Notes: a model not told the origin generated them from the letters alone. Shown: positions 27,791-37,886, numbered from the stretch's first letter. The stretch: DNA of 64,000 bases from an uncultured Bacteroidia bacterium (GCA_938038735.1 CALHSW010000034.1:46335-110334), one strand, 5' to 3'. Made by a program: numbers and translations.

Positions 27791-30700
27791 ATGGTAGGAT
27801 TTTTTGGGAAAGATAAGGCTGTGAATGCGAAGTGGATGCGGGGTGCGATTGTTGCAATTTTATTGCTACTGCCAGCTTGGTCTTCGCTTTGGGCGCAGAC
27901 CAAAGAGGTGCGAGGCATAGTGCTGGATGCGGAGGAGTCAACCCCTTTGGTGGCTGCGACAGTTGGTGCGCTGGCGGCAGGCAGCACCACGGAGGTGGTG
28001 GCGAGCGGGATTACCGACTTAGACGGACGTTTCCGTTTGGATGTGCCTACGTCCACAGCACAGCTGTTAATCGTTTATGTGGGTTACGAGCAGCAAATTG
28101 TGGCATGCACGGCGGACCTGATCACGGTGCGCATGCAGCCCGAGACGCAGAACATTGAGGATGTTATCATTACGGGGTATGGAAAGATAGACCGCCGGAA
28201 GTCAACGGCCTCTGTGTCGTCGGTAACGCTAGCAGAGATGCCCGAGGCATCGATGGGCATTGACCAGATGCTCAAGGGGACCATGGCAGGAGTGAATGTC
28301 ACGACGGTGAGCGGAACGCCAGGGGCGGCGGCGAAAATACGAATTCGTGGCACGTCATCATTGCAGGGAACACAAGACCCGCTGTGGGTGGTGGATGGGA
28401 TGCCCCTAGAGGGAACCGATTTGCCAAAGCTTGAGGATCTTTCAGGCGTTGATGAACTCTACTCATCGGCCATTGCTGGAATAAACCCCCAGGATATTGC
28501 GTCGATTTCGGTGCTTCGCGATGCGGCAGCCACGGCCATATACGGCGCAAGGGCCGCGAACGGCGTGATCGTAATCAATACGAAGAGCGGAAAGAAGGGG
28601 CATGTGCGAGTTAACTACGCAGGAAAGATTTCTGTGGTGGCTCGCCCTGACATTTCGCGATTGCAGCTTTTGAATAGCAGCGAGAAGGTGGGGTTAGAAC
28701 TTGACTTACTGCGGAGCGGCTACACGACCTTTGAGGGCAAGGGGGGCGTGTCGCGCATTCTGAATGCGCACGGGGAGCTTGATAAGTATAAAAAAGGCGG
28801 ATGGGATGCACTGTCGCCAGAAGCCAAAAGTGAAATTGATGCGTTGCGAGGAATAAACACCGATTGGAATAAAGAGCTATTCCGTACGGCTCTGAGCCAC
28901 GACCACTTTCTGAGCGTAGCTGGCGGGGCGGATTGGGCAGACTACTACGTATCGGCTGGGTATTTTAATGAGGCTGGTACCGTGCGCGGGGTGAATGCGA
29001 GCCGGGTTAATTTGACATCAAAAACGAAGTTCCATTTTTTTGATCGATTAGACATAGGGGTTACGCTATTGGCCAATCAGCGTAAGAACAACTCCTATCT
29101 ATCCAACACCGATGGCTACACTAATCCTGTATTCTACTCCCGCACAGCGAACCCCTACTTGCCAATATACGATGCGAATGGTGGCTATGTGTATGACCCA
29201 GATATGCGAGGTTTTGGACGCGATGGGGACGTGATACCCTACAATATCGTTGAGGAGCGTAGCAATACGAAGTATAATCTTAAAAATCAGTCGATTACAA
29301 CTGTCTTTGACCTAACGTGGCGTATATGGCGGGGGCTGACGCTGGAGTCGCAGGCGGGGCTACAGTTTGATGGTCATAAGCTGGTGGCTACGGCCCTCGC
29401 GGAGAGCTACGCAGTGCGGCGGGAGCTTCAGCGTTCCAAACTGTCTGATGGGTCGTCCTACATTCCGAGCGGTGGCTTTTTCCGTAACACCGATGGGCAT
29501 TCCTTCCAGTACACGATAAAGAATATGCTGCGGTACGTGACAACGTTCAAAGGAATGCATTCAATAGATGTTATGCTCGGCAATGAAGTGCGCCGTGCAA
29601 CCGATGAGGCTGTTTTTTCGGCGGGTTATGGCTACGATCCAGAGTCTTTAACCACAAAGGTGGTGCACTTTACGCGCGATGACCAGGAACGCTACACGCC
29701 CCTATTTCGGCGTACATACTTTGAGAATGCCTTTGTGTCGTTCTTTGCGACAGCGTCCTACACGCTGATGAATAGGTACACGCTGGGCGGGAGCGTCCGT
29801 TTTGATGGAAGTAACCTCTTTGGGGTGGATCCGAAGTACCGTTACCTTCCGCTCTACTCCGTGAGCGCAATGTGGGACGCAAAGCAGGAGTCCTTCTTGG
29901 AGAACGTGGATTGGCTGAGCGATTTACGTTTTCGGGTATCGTACGGATTGCAGGGTAATATTGATAAGAACACCTATTCACAGCTAGTAGGGGTGCTGCG
30001 CCACGATGCGTTTTTCTTCCCTAAGACAGGGCGCAGCGGGGAGAGCGGAGAGGATAACATAACAATTGAGACCCCGCCAAACAGCCGTTTGCGGTGGGAA
30101 AAGACGAGAACGTACAATGCGGGCTTTGATGTCTCTTTCATACGCTATCGCATAAAGCTGAGCGCAGATTACTACGATAGGCTTAGCACGGATTTGATAG
30201 GCATGCGCAAGCTCCCATTGGAGTCGGGGTTTGCCTACACCACTGTGAACTGGTCGCAGCTCGTGAACCGGGGCGTGGATGTGAATGCTTCGTTCCTACT
30301 GCTGAAAATAGCGGATTTTGAGTGGAACCTACAGGGGAACTTCTCCTATAACTATAATAGGATAAGACGTTTAACTACGCAAGACAAGGATAGGAAACCT
30401 AGCGGGGAGGGGTATCCTGTTGGAGGAATTTTCACGCTGCCGTATGCAGGGATTGATCAATATGGGTATCCGTTGCTAGAGGGTCCTAACGGCGAGAAGC
30501 TTTTAATATCAGAGCTACTTCAGCTGCAGCAGGTGGGTCCGAGTAGCGTCTCAAAGTTGACGCCGGAGGCGGAACGTGGGCTATACCAATACGCTGGGAC
30601 GGATGAAGCACCCTACAGCATGGGGGCTTCTACGGCGTTTTCGTGGAAAGGTTTAGAACTATCGTTGGCTGTGGTTGGGAATTTTGGACATAAGTACTTG

Positions 30701-31117
30701 GTGCAGCCCTACTATAGCTTTACGCAATTTGACAGGGGTCTCAACACAAGTCGTAGAATCTTTGATCGTTGGACGGATGATAATCCGAATGCCACGCTTC
30801 CACGCCTGATGATGAAGGATGACCTTCGACGTGCCACGGAGTACACTGCGTACGATGAAGGGTATCAGCGGGTGTTAAGTCTATACGTGCGCGATGCCTC
30901 CTACCTACGGCTGCAGTCGGTACGGCTGTCGTATGCGTTTCCAACGGAATTGCTTAAGAAGGCAAAGATTGCTAGTGCAACGTTGGCTTTAGAGGGGAAA
31001 AATCTCCTCGTATGGGGAAAGGATTATGAGGGTTTCCTAGATCCTGAGACGATGAAGAACCCTTACGCCCAACCGATACCACGGGCTGTGAGCTTTTCAG
31101 TAACACTCGGTTTCTAG
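27791..31117 (+). CDS. SusC/RagA-family TonB-dependent outer-membrane transporter
   Basis: 1108 aa. It has the carboxypeptidase-regulatory-like N-domain VRGIVLDAEESTPLVAATV and the plug start VIITGYGKIDRRKSTASVSSV. It ends SFSVTLGF. No STN signalling extension is present. An alternative start is at 27836. Confidence 0.93.
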   Translation: MVGFFGKDKAVNAKWMRGAIVAILLLLPAWSSLWAQTKEVRGIVLDAEESTPLVAATVGALAAGSTTEVVASGITDLDGRFRLDVPTSTAQLLIVYVGYEQQIVACTADLITVRMQPETQNIEDVIITGYGKIDRRKSTASVSSVTLAEMPEASMGIDQMLKGTMAGVNVTTVSGTPGAAAKIRIRGTSSLQGTQDPLWVVDGMPLEGTDLPKLEDLSGVDELYSSAIAGINPQDIASISVLRDAAATAIYGARAANGVIVINTKSGKKGHVRVNYAGKISVVARPDISRLQLLNSSEKVGLELDLLRSGYTTFEGKGGVSRILNAHGELDKYKKGGWDALSPEAKSEIDALRGINTDWNKELFRTALSHDHFLSVAGGADWADYYVSAGYFNEAGTVRGVNASRVNLTSKTKFHFFDRLDIGVTLLANQRKNNSYLSNTDGYTNPVFYSRTANPYLPIYDANGGYVYDPDMRGFGRDGDVIPYNIVEERSNTKYNLKNQSITTVFDLTWRIWRGLTLESQAGLQFDGHKLVATALAESYAVRRELQRSKLSDGSSYIPSGGFFRNTDGHSFQYTIKNMLRYVTTFKGMHSIDVMLGNEVRRATDEAVFSAGYGYDPESLTTKVVHFTRDDQERYTPLFRRTYFENAFVSFFATASYTLMNRYTLGGSVRFDGSNLFGVDPKYRYLPLYSVSAMWDAKQESFLENVDWLSDLRFRVSYGLQGNIDKNTYSQLVGVLRHDAFFFPKTGRSGESGEDNITIETPPNSRLRWEKTRTYNAGFDVSFIRYRIKLSADYYDRLSTDLIGMRKLPLESGFAYTTVNWSQLVNRGVDVNASFLLLKIADFEWNLQGNFSYNYNRIRRLTTQDKDRKPSGEGYPVGGIFTLPYAGIDQYGYPLLEGPNGEKLLISELLQLQQVGPSSVSKLTPEAERGLYQYAGTDEAPYSMGASTAFSWKGLELSLAVVGNFGHKYLVQPYYSFTQFDRGLNTSRRIFDRWTDDNPNATLPRLMMKDDLRRATEYTAYDEGYQRVLSLYVRDASYLRLQSVRLSYAFPTELLKKAKIASATLALEGKNLLVWGKDYEGFLDPETMKNPYAQPIPRAVSFSVTLGF

Positions 31118-31138
31118 TTGGGAAAGGAGGATATTGCC

Positions 31139-32509
31139 ATGATTAAACTGCATTTTCAATATAGAGTGTCTATACTGCGCACGGTGCTGGTCGGGGCGTT
31201 GATGCTTGCTGGGTTTACGGGGTGCGAGAAGTTTTTGGATATAAAACCGGCAGGAGTGGTGATGCCGAGCAGCACGGCAGACTACCGTGCGCTGCTCACG
31301 AGAGCCTACCATGGATTCCCCACTGACTTAGCGAAGCTATCCATGCGTAGCGACGAGGTGAGTGTGAATTTTGATGGTGCCAACGCGTCATATCGGCCAT
31401 CGTACGAAGAAATTTATCTATGGCGTGATGGGCGCAGCCTCTCAACGCTTACCACGGAGTGGCAGGGGTACTACCACGGTATCTACGTGACGAACCACCT
31501 TATAGACATTTTAGCTGGTAAAGAGGGAGCATCGGCCGACGAGAAGCAGCTGGTGGGGGAGGCTTACCTATTACGTGCCTACAGCTACTTTTTGCTGGCT
31601 AATATATATGGACAGCCCTACGCGGAGGCAAATCTCGGAACGCCCTGCGTGCCGCTTATGCTAGATAATGAGGTGGAGACCGTGCAGGAAAGGAGTTCGC
31701 TTAGGGAGGTCTATGCCCAGGTGGTTAAGGATTTAACAACTTCGTTTAAATGTCTACAAGAGGAGAGTTGGGAGCCAGCCAAGCGCTATCGGTTCAGTAA
31801 GGATGCGGCGCACGCATTTGCGTGTAGGGTTGCACTCTACATGGGCGATTGGGCAAAGGCGGTAGAATTCGGTGCGCCGCTGCTTTCATCACGCTATCAG
31901 CTGGTTGATTTGAACGCTCCAGGTGTGAAGCCGCCATGCCACTATGAGTCGAACGAGGCGATTATGAATTTGGATCTGGTGGTTGATGGGGATTACCTTA
32001 GCATTATGCGTCCATCGCAGAGTCTGATTAATTCGTACAGTGCGGGAGACCAGCGCAAGCGCGTGTACTACAGGATGCCGGCGTTGAACGATTATAGGGT
32101 GGAGCGAGGCGATGAGAAGAAGGGAGAGGGAACAGCCTATCGAATAACGTTCCGGCTCGGAGAGGTGCTGCTCAACGTGGCGGAGGCGCATGCGCGCAAG
32201 GGGGAACTGGAGGAGTCAAAGACCTTGCTAAAGCAGCTGGCGCAGAAGAGGTATGAAGCGGGGGAGCTGCCGAATGCTGAGGCTGCAATAGATGCGTTGG
32301 CAACGCAGAGTGATATGCTAGCGTTTATTCTTGCGGAGCGAGGGCGCGAGCTGGCGTTTGAGGGGCTACGCTGGTTTGATTTGCGGCGTTTTGGCTGCCC
32401 GGAGATAGTCCATACGCTTGATGGCCAAGAGCATCGGCTTGAAACAAACGATGCGCGGTACACCCTGCCTATACCGCGTGAAGCGAAAGAGAGTAATAGT
32501 AACCTTTAA
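31139..32509 (+). CDS. SusD/RagB-family outer-membrane lipoprotein
   Basis: The lipobox LMLAGFTGCEKFLDIKPAGVV is typical of a SusD N-terminus, and the body is TPR-like and helical. The ATG at 31139 is preferred over the TTG at 31118. It lies 21 nt after the SusC stop. Confidence 0.88.
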   Translation: MIKLHFQYRVSILRTVLVGALMLAGFTGCEKFLDIKPAGVVMPSSTADYRALLTRAYHGFPTDLAKLSMRSDEVSVNFDGANASYRPSYEEIYLWRDGRSLSTLTTEWQGYYHGIYVTNHLIDILAGKEGASADEKQLVGEAYLLRAYSYFLLANIYGQPYAEANLGTPCVPLMLDNEVETVQERSSLREVYAQVVKDLTTSFKCLQEESWEPAKRYRFSKDAAHAFACRVALYMGDWAKAVEFGAPLLSSRYQLVDLNAPGVKPPCHYESNEAIMNLDLVVDGDYLSIMRPSQSLINSYSAGDQRKRVYYRMPALNDYRVERGDEKKGEGTAYRITFRLGEVLLNVAEAHARKGELEESKTLLKQLAQKRYEAGELPNAEAAIDALATQSDMLAFILAERGRELAFEGLRWFDLRRFGCPEIVHTLDGQEHRLETNDARYTLPIPREAKESNSNL

Positions 32510-32522
32510 TACCAAATCAACC

Positions 32523-35500
32523 ATGAGACAATTTGTGCATGTTATATTAGCGTTGCTGGCGTTTACGGTCGTGCTTTCGACCGGTCAAACGTATGGCCAG
32601 CTGACGCAAGTAGAGTTTAAAAACGAGGCTGTGAAGCTGGGGAGTGGGGAGTCCCTCGCGCAGGCCATCCAACGTAGCTCTGATGGGGGGTACTTTGTGG
32701 CAAGCCGAAGGAATGGGAAGGTGACTCTAGTAGACCCTACGACGAAGGTTGATATGGGGCCGACTGACGGTGCCCTGCTCACGAAGTATGGAAAAGATGG
32801 GAAGCTTGCGATGTACGTGGCCTTCAAGGGCAACGTAAGCATCCAGAAGATTGCGGCTACCCCAGATGGGGGCGCCATCGTAGGGGGAGTGTACACGGGC
32901 CCGATGTTGCTGGTTAATGCGAACGGGGAGGCTCCGATAGCTGCCGATGCAACGGCAGATTTGCCTCGGTTGTTTGTGGCGGAGGTGAAGGCGGATGGGA
33001 CGCTGGGGACTGTGCTGCTGCCAAAACATTCAAAGGCGGCTGAACCCATGTATCCCCCCGCTGTGATAAGTTTAGAATATGATGGAAAGAGTAATGTGTT
33101 ACATACTGTCCTTACCATTAATACTGCGGTGACAGTGGGGAATCCTGCGTGTAAATATGATGTTTCAACAACGGATTGGGGGTGGGGACCGTTGTATTTG
33201 TTTTCAACCGCAGCCTTTTCGATAAAGTGGCGAGAACAGAATGTGTTGGCGTCCTGTCAAATGAATATAAACTCTAGCAGATTTATTGAAGTTTCTGGCA
33301 AAACAGCAGTGTTTGGATTGTCGAAGGTCTCTGACTTGAAGATTGTGCCAGATGATAATGGGGGGTCGTATCTAGCAAGGTCTTTTTTTGGACAAGTTGA
33401 TGAGATTGATAGCACGGCTAAAGGGCAATATGTCATTGAGCACGGGAAGGGCGCGACTAAGGAAGATAGTTTAGGGATAGTAAGCGTGGAGAGAAGAAAG
33501 ATTGATGGGACGAGCGTTTGGAGCAAACCGTTAAGCTTTGTTGTGGCGAATTATTATGACTTTACAAAGAACTATAGAGCTGATGCATCATTGCACTACA
33601 TAGCACCTTTAGGTGATGGAAAGCGGTTTGTGGTGGTGGGCCTGTTTGATGGGGAATTGAAGTTTGACGATGGAACGAAGCTTACGGCCGGACTGGATAA
33701 AAAAGACAAAGAGCAAGGATATAGCACCGATGCATTCGTTATTATTGGAGATGCACAAACCGGAAAAATACTTTCGAAACGCGTCCTCGGATTGTCGTTG
33801 GCAGGCTATGTACGGAAGCTTCAATCGGTTGCAGACTACCCCCTTTCCGCGGCTCTAGATGGAGAGGATTTAGTGTTGGCATTGCCGTTCCAGGGAAACA
33901 TTAAAGTGGGTAGTGCGGAGTATAAGTCCAAGGATGGAGGGAAAGAAGATGGAAAAGTGAGGTATAATTCCCTCATAGCGCATGTGTCGTTGGCTCCAGG
34001 CGATGAATTGGCGATGCAGGCGGCGTTATCGTTGACGCATGCGGGAAAGGTGCGGATTGATGGCTTGGCGAAGATCAAAAGCGGAGAGTACGCCTACGTA
34101 GGGAGCGCGAAGAGCCGCAATGATGCTGGCGCGAATGAGAATACCAAGCTCTATGTGAATGGAGACGCGGTGGTTGAGAGCATTGCAGATGCGAAGAGTG
34201 CTACTGTGTCAATAGCTGGGAAGGTGAAGTTGGGTGGAATTGTAAAAGTGGAGTTCGTTGCGCACGGAGACTGCGTGGATGTGAAGCTGCAAAAGAACGA
34301 AGAGGCTGCTATAGATTATTCAAATGACGCCTCCTTGCCTACGTTAAGGAAGGGGGATAAATTGACCGTGACGGCAGCATTGAAGTCAGGAAAGGAGCAG
34401 GATTATGCGCTTTTGCCAATTGAAATCAATGGGGAAAAGAAGGGGGTGTATACTCACGATGGTGTTACGTCAGAGATAAATGTGACGGTCGGTGCGTATA
34501 AGACTACTAAACCAATTACCGTGACGATAGATCCAGCAGGAAGTGCTGAGCTGAAGTTCACGGTAGCTGGGGCTGAGAAGGTGTTTAAGGGAGAGAAGGG
34601 GGACCCGAAGGTTATGGTGAGGAATGGAGAGAGCGTGGAGGGGTTGGCGGTAACCGAGATGTCAGGATATAAGTTGCGGGAGATTCTCGTACAGGGAAAG
34701 AAGCTAGGTGAGGGAATTACGAGCTATACGCTGAAGGCGGATGACCAAAAAGACGCTTTGGAGATTGAGGTACGTATGGAGGCTACCGAGTTCCAGATTT
34801 TGTACAATGTGGTTAATGCAAGCGATGGCAAGGTGAGCGTATTTGTTGATGGTAACCCGGTGAAGTTTGATAACGCTGGGAAATCTGACGTGAATGTTCA
34901 TGCGGAGAGCAAAGTGAAGGTGGAGGCTGTACCTAACGACCTCTTGAAGTGCTATGCAGAGGTAACAGTGAATGGGAAGCCGCTAGAGGGGGAAGAGTTC
35001 GTTGTAGAGGGAGGCAAGTGCGAAATAGAGGTGAAGTTCGTGGCGAAACCTGTGTTTGAGGTTGCGGTAGAAGTGAAGGAAGACATTACGTATGGAAAGG
35101 TTACCGTGGCGGTAGATGGCGGTACTCCAGTGGTGTTTGAGGGTGATCCGAAGAAATACCCGAACCTAAAGGTGTACCCTGAGCAGAAGTTGACGATTAT
35201 AGCTGAGCAGATGGGGAGGGGCAAGTTTGAGTCTCTAAAGGTGGCAGGGACCGATTTTACGAGTGGCGAGGTGTATACGGTTCCATCGCAGCTGTCAGGA
35301 AATAAGCTGAACATACAGGCTACGTTCTCACGGAGTACTGCGGTAGAGGCGAAGGAGCTGACGACTGTGGCGTTGCGGAGCAACCCAGTGTCAAAGGAGT
35401 TCGTGGTGGAGGGGACGTGGAGCGGGGAGCTTCGCTATGCGCTATACAACGCCTTGGGGAAGCGTATTCTTTCGGGTAAGTCGGCTTATCAGGGCTTGCT

Positions 35501-35597
35501 ACGGATCTCGGCGCAAGACCTACCATCGGGAGTTTACTTCCTACGGCTGGAGGATGCCACGGGCGCCACTACAACGCTGAAGGCGGTGAGGCGCTAG
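32523..35597 (+). CDS. T9SS-secreted surface protein (1024 aa) with a beta-propeller-like N-half and InlB-B-repeat/Ig-like C-half
   Basis: ORF 32418 was trimmed to the ATG at 32523, which gives the signal peptide MRQFVHVILALLAFTVVLSTGQTYGQ. About 85-aa modules repeat (..GKVSVFVDGNPVKF.., ..GKVTVAVDGGTPVVF..). The T9SS CTD is NPVSKEFVVEGTWSGELRYALYNALGKRILSG...GVYFLRLEDATGATTTLKAVRR. Confidence 0.8.
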   Translation: MRQFVHVILALLAFTVVLSTGQTYGQLTQVEFKNEAVKLGSGESLAQAIQRSSDGGYFVASRRNGKVTLVDPTTKVDMGPTDGALLTKYGKDGKLAMYVAFKGNVSIQKIAATPDGGAIVGGVYTGPMLLVNANGEAPIAADATADLPRLFVAEVKADGTLGTVLLPKHSKAAEPMYPPAVISLEYDGKSNVLHTVLTINTAVTVGNPACKYDVSTTDWGWGPLYLFSTAAFSIKWREQNVLASCQMNINSSRFIEVSGKTAVFGLSKVSDLKIVPDDNGGSYLARSFFGQVDEIDSTAKGQYVIEHGKGATKEDSLGIVSVERRKIDGTSVWSKPLSFVVANYYDFTKNYRADASLHYIAPLGDGKRFVVVGLFDGELKFDDGTKLTAGLDKKDKEQGYSTDAFVIIGDAQTGKILSKRVLGLSLAGYVRKLQSVADYPLSAALDGEDLVLALPFQGNIKVGSAEYKSKDGGKEDGKVRYNSLIAHVSLAPGDELAMQAALSLTHAGKVRIDGLAKIKSGEYAYVGSAKSRNDAGANENTKLYVNGDAVVESIADAKSATVSIAGKVKLGGIVKVEFVAHGDCVDVKLQKNEEAAIDYSNDASLPTLRKGDKLTVTAALKSGKEQDYALLPIEINGEKKGVYTHDGVTSEINVTVGAYKTTKPITVTIDPAGSAELKFTVAGAEKVFKGEKGDPKVMVRNGESVEGLAVTEMSGYKLREILVQGKKLGEGITSYTLKADDQKDALEIEVRMEATEFQILYNVVNASDGKVSVFVDGNPVKFDNAGKSDVNVHAESKVKVEAVPNDLLKCYAEVTVNGKPLEGEEFVVEGGKCEIEVKFVAKPVFEVAVEVKEDITYGKVTVAVDGGTPVVFEGDPKKYPNLKVYPEQKLTIIAEQMGRGKFESLKVAGTDFTSGEVYTVPSQLSGNKLNIQATFSRSTAVEAKELTTVALRSNPVSKEFVVEGTWSGELRYALYNALGKRILSGKSAYQGLLRISAQDLPSGVYFLRLEDATGATTTLKAVRR

Positions 35598-35624
35598 CGA
35601 AGGTAGACTGACATAGATTTAAAA

Positions 35625-35666
35625 GTAAGGGGAGGCCCGCATTTGCGGACCTCCCCTTACTTTTTT
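35625..35666 (+). terminator. Rho-independent terminator closing the protease-SusCD-cargo unit
   Basis: gtaaggggaggcccgc-attt-gcggacctccccttac forms a 15-bp stem with one mismatch, followed by tttttt. Confidence 0.85.
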
Positions 35667-35711
35667 GTGTAGTTAACGCCGAGGAGGGGGTAAAATATTG
35701 AAAAGAAACGT

Positions 35712-35719
35712 TACCTTTG
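35712..35719 (+). promoter_or_regulatory. -7 promoter box TACCTTTG
   Basis: It lies 54 nt upstream of the pgk ATG. Confidence 0.5.
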
Positions 35720-35772
35720 CGAGGCAGCAGCGCGGGTGTAGCGCAGCGGGAATGTAGAAAGGAGAAAGAGCT

Positions 35773-37032
35773 ATGCAACCATTCAAGGAGTATGCGTTTC
35801 GTGGGAAGCGAGTGTTAATTCGCGTAGATTTTAACGTGCCGTTCGACAAGAAGACGGGGTTGGTGACAGATGATAGTCGTATACGCCGGGCGGTTCCCAC
35901 GATAGAATACGTGGTGAATAGGGGTGGGCGCGTGGTGTTGATGTCGCACATGGGGCGCCCGAAGGGGAAGCCATCGGACGAGTTCTCGATGAAACGTATC
36001 AAGCAACTGGTGGAGCAGCTCGTGGGGAAGGCCGTGACGTTGGCAACGGATTGCGTAGGGCCAGAGGTGGAGGCGCAGACGCGGGGGCTGCATGATGGGG
36101 ATGTAATGCTTCTAGAGAACGTTCGGTTCCATGCCGAGGAGGAGGGGAAGGTGACCCGCGGCGAGGGGGAGAGCGACGAGAGCTACAGCGAGCGCAAGCA
36201 GGCGATGAAGGTGGCGCAGCGTAAGCTGGCAGAAGGGATGGCGAAGCTCGGGGATTGCTACGTGAACGATGCGTTTGGCGCGGCGCACCGTGCGCATGCG
36301 TCCACGTCAATAATTGCAGAGTTTTTCCCGAATGATAAGATGTTCGGACTACTGATGGCGTCGGAGCTAGAGGCGCTGGCGCACGTGGAGAAGGACCCTA
36401 AACGTCCGTTGACGGCGATCATGGGCGGTGCGAAGGTGTCGGATAAGATCAAGCTAATCGATACCCTGCTGGGCAAAGTGGATAGGCTCATTATTGGCGG
36501 CGGGATGACGTACACATTCATCAAGGCGCAGGGCGGGGCGATAGGGAAAAGCCTATGTGAACCCGACTATGTAGAGCTGGCGGGCCAGCTTTTAGCGAAG
36601 GCGAAGCAGAAGGGGGTAGAGGTACTTTTACCGGTAGATGCGGTGAACGCAGACGCTTTCTCCGCCGATGCGCAAACCCAAGTGACGGCTGTGGAGTCCA
36701 CGCCGGCGGGGTGGATGGGGCTGGATATAGGACCTGAGAGCGCAAGGCGATTCCACGATGCAATCGTCAGCTCAAAGACAATATTTTGGAATGGCCCGAT
36801 GGGGGTCTTTGAGATGAAGCCTTTCGCCGCGGGAAGCTTCGCCGTGGCTGCGGCATTGGCGGCAGCCACGAAGGGGGGTGCTTACACCCTTGTGGGCGGA
36901 GGGGATAGCGTGTCGGCGTTAAAGCAGAGTGGGCAGGAGAAAGCGGTATCGTACATCTCAACGGGCGGCGGTGCCATGCTGGAGTATTTGGAGGGGAAGG
37001 AGCTGCCGGGCGTGAAGGCGATACTTGGGTAG
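35773..37032 (+). CDS. pgk: Phosphoglycerate kinase
   Basis: 419 aa. VLIRVDFNVP, VLMSHMGRPKGKP and STGGGAMLEYLEGKELPG are present. Confidence 0.97.
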   Translation: MQPFKEYAFRGKRVLIRVDFNVPFDKKTGLVTDDSRIRRAVPTIEYVVNRGGRVVLMSHMGRPKGKPSDEFSMKRIKQLVEQLVGKAVTLATDCVGPEVEAQTRGLHDGDVMLLENVRFHAEEEGKVTRGEGESDESYSERKQAMKVAQRKLAEGMAKLGDCYVNDAFGAAHRAHASTSIIAEFFPNDKMFGLLMASELEALAHVEKDPKRPLTAIMGGAKVSDKIKLIDTLLGKVDRLIIGGGMTYTFIKAQGGAIGKSLCEPDYVELAGQLLAKAKQKGVEVLLPVDAVNADAFSADAQTQVTAVESTPAGWMGLDIGPESARRFHDAIVSSKTIFWNGPMGVFEMKPFAAGSFAVAAALAAATKGGAYTLVGGGDSVSALKQSGQEKAVSYISTGGGAMLEYLEGKELPGVKAILG

Positions 37033-37047
37033 ACGTAAGACGGAAGT

Positions 37048-37878
37048 GTGAGAATGATTGAAGGCGAAGGTCTGGACGGCGGAGTGGGCAGGGAGCTGCA
37101 AGGATCTGAAAGCGTTGCAGAGGAGGGAAGCGCGATGCGTGATGGGGAGCGAATGCAGGAGGAGACGGAGCGGCATCAGGTGGCGTGGCTAAGGGATGCC
37201 AAGATATTTAAAGGCGACCAGCTGGTGCTGAAGGAGGTGAACTTCTCCATATCAGAGGGCGAGTTCATTTACCTAGTGGGGCGAGTGGGGTCAGGGAAGA
37301 GTAGCTTGATAGAGACGCTCACGGGCCAGATTCCTCTCATGGAGGGGAGCGGCGGCGTGTGTGGGTTCTCGTTGGAGCATTTGAAGCGGTGGCAGGTGCC
37401 ATACCTCCGGCGGAGCATTGGCATAGTGTTTCAGGATTTCAAGTTGCTAATGGATAAATCCGTAGAGAAGAATCTACAGTTTGCGTTGCGGGCCACAGGG
37501 TGGAGCGATAGGCGTAAAATTGATGGTCGCATTGAGGAGGTACTGCAGCTCGTGGAGCTATCGCATAAGCAGTATAAGATGCCGCACCAACTTTCTGGAG
37601 GGGAGCAGCAACGGGTAACGATAGCGCGTGCTCTCCTGAATGATCCTCAATTCATTTTGGCGGATGAACCGACGGGCAATCTTGACCCAGATACGTCGGA
37701 GGGTATTCTACAAATACTCCGAGGACTCGCATTACGCGGGAAGAGTGTACTCATGGCCACGCACAACGCTTCGCTGGTGAGTCTATACCCTGCTCCAACG
37801 TACCGTTGCGCTGATATGCGTCTTTCACGCACGGAGCAGCAGGGCGCGCTGCTAGACCTATCAAAGATGATACTGTAG
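37048..37878 (+). CDS. ftsE: Cell-division ABC ATPase FtsE-like
   Basis: It has Walker A GRVGSGKSSL, the FtsE-like VPYLRRSIGIVFQDFKLL, and the signature plus Walker B LSGGEQQRVTIARALLNDPQFILADEPTGNLD. The true start is probably internal (the ATG at 37135 or 37153). No ftsX is adjacent. Confidence 0.78.
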   Translation: MRMIEGEGLDGGVGRELQGSESVAEEGSAMRDGERMQEETERHQVAWLRDAKIFKGDQLVLKEVNFSISEGEFIYLVGRVGSGKSSLIETLTGQIPLMEGSGGVCGFSLEHLKRWQVPYLRRSIGIVFQDFKLLMDKSVEKNLQFALRATGWSDRRKIDGRIEEVLQLVELSHKQYKMPHQLSGGEQQRVTIARALLNDPQFILADEPTGNLDPDTSEGILQILRGLALRGKSVLMATHNASLVSLYPAPTYRCADMRLSRTEQQGALLDLSKMIL

Positions 37879-37886
37879 GCGCGTTC

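Noticed and set aside
37048-37134. An apparent N-terminal extension of FtsE and the absence of ftsX, considered as an unusual ABC system.
   Set aside because: The extension has no motifs and is probably 5' UTR, since internal ATGs at 37135 and 37153 give a normal-length FtsE. ftsX is often unlinked in this phylum.
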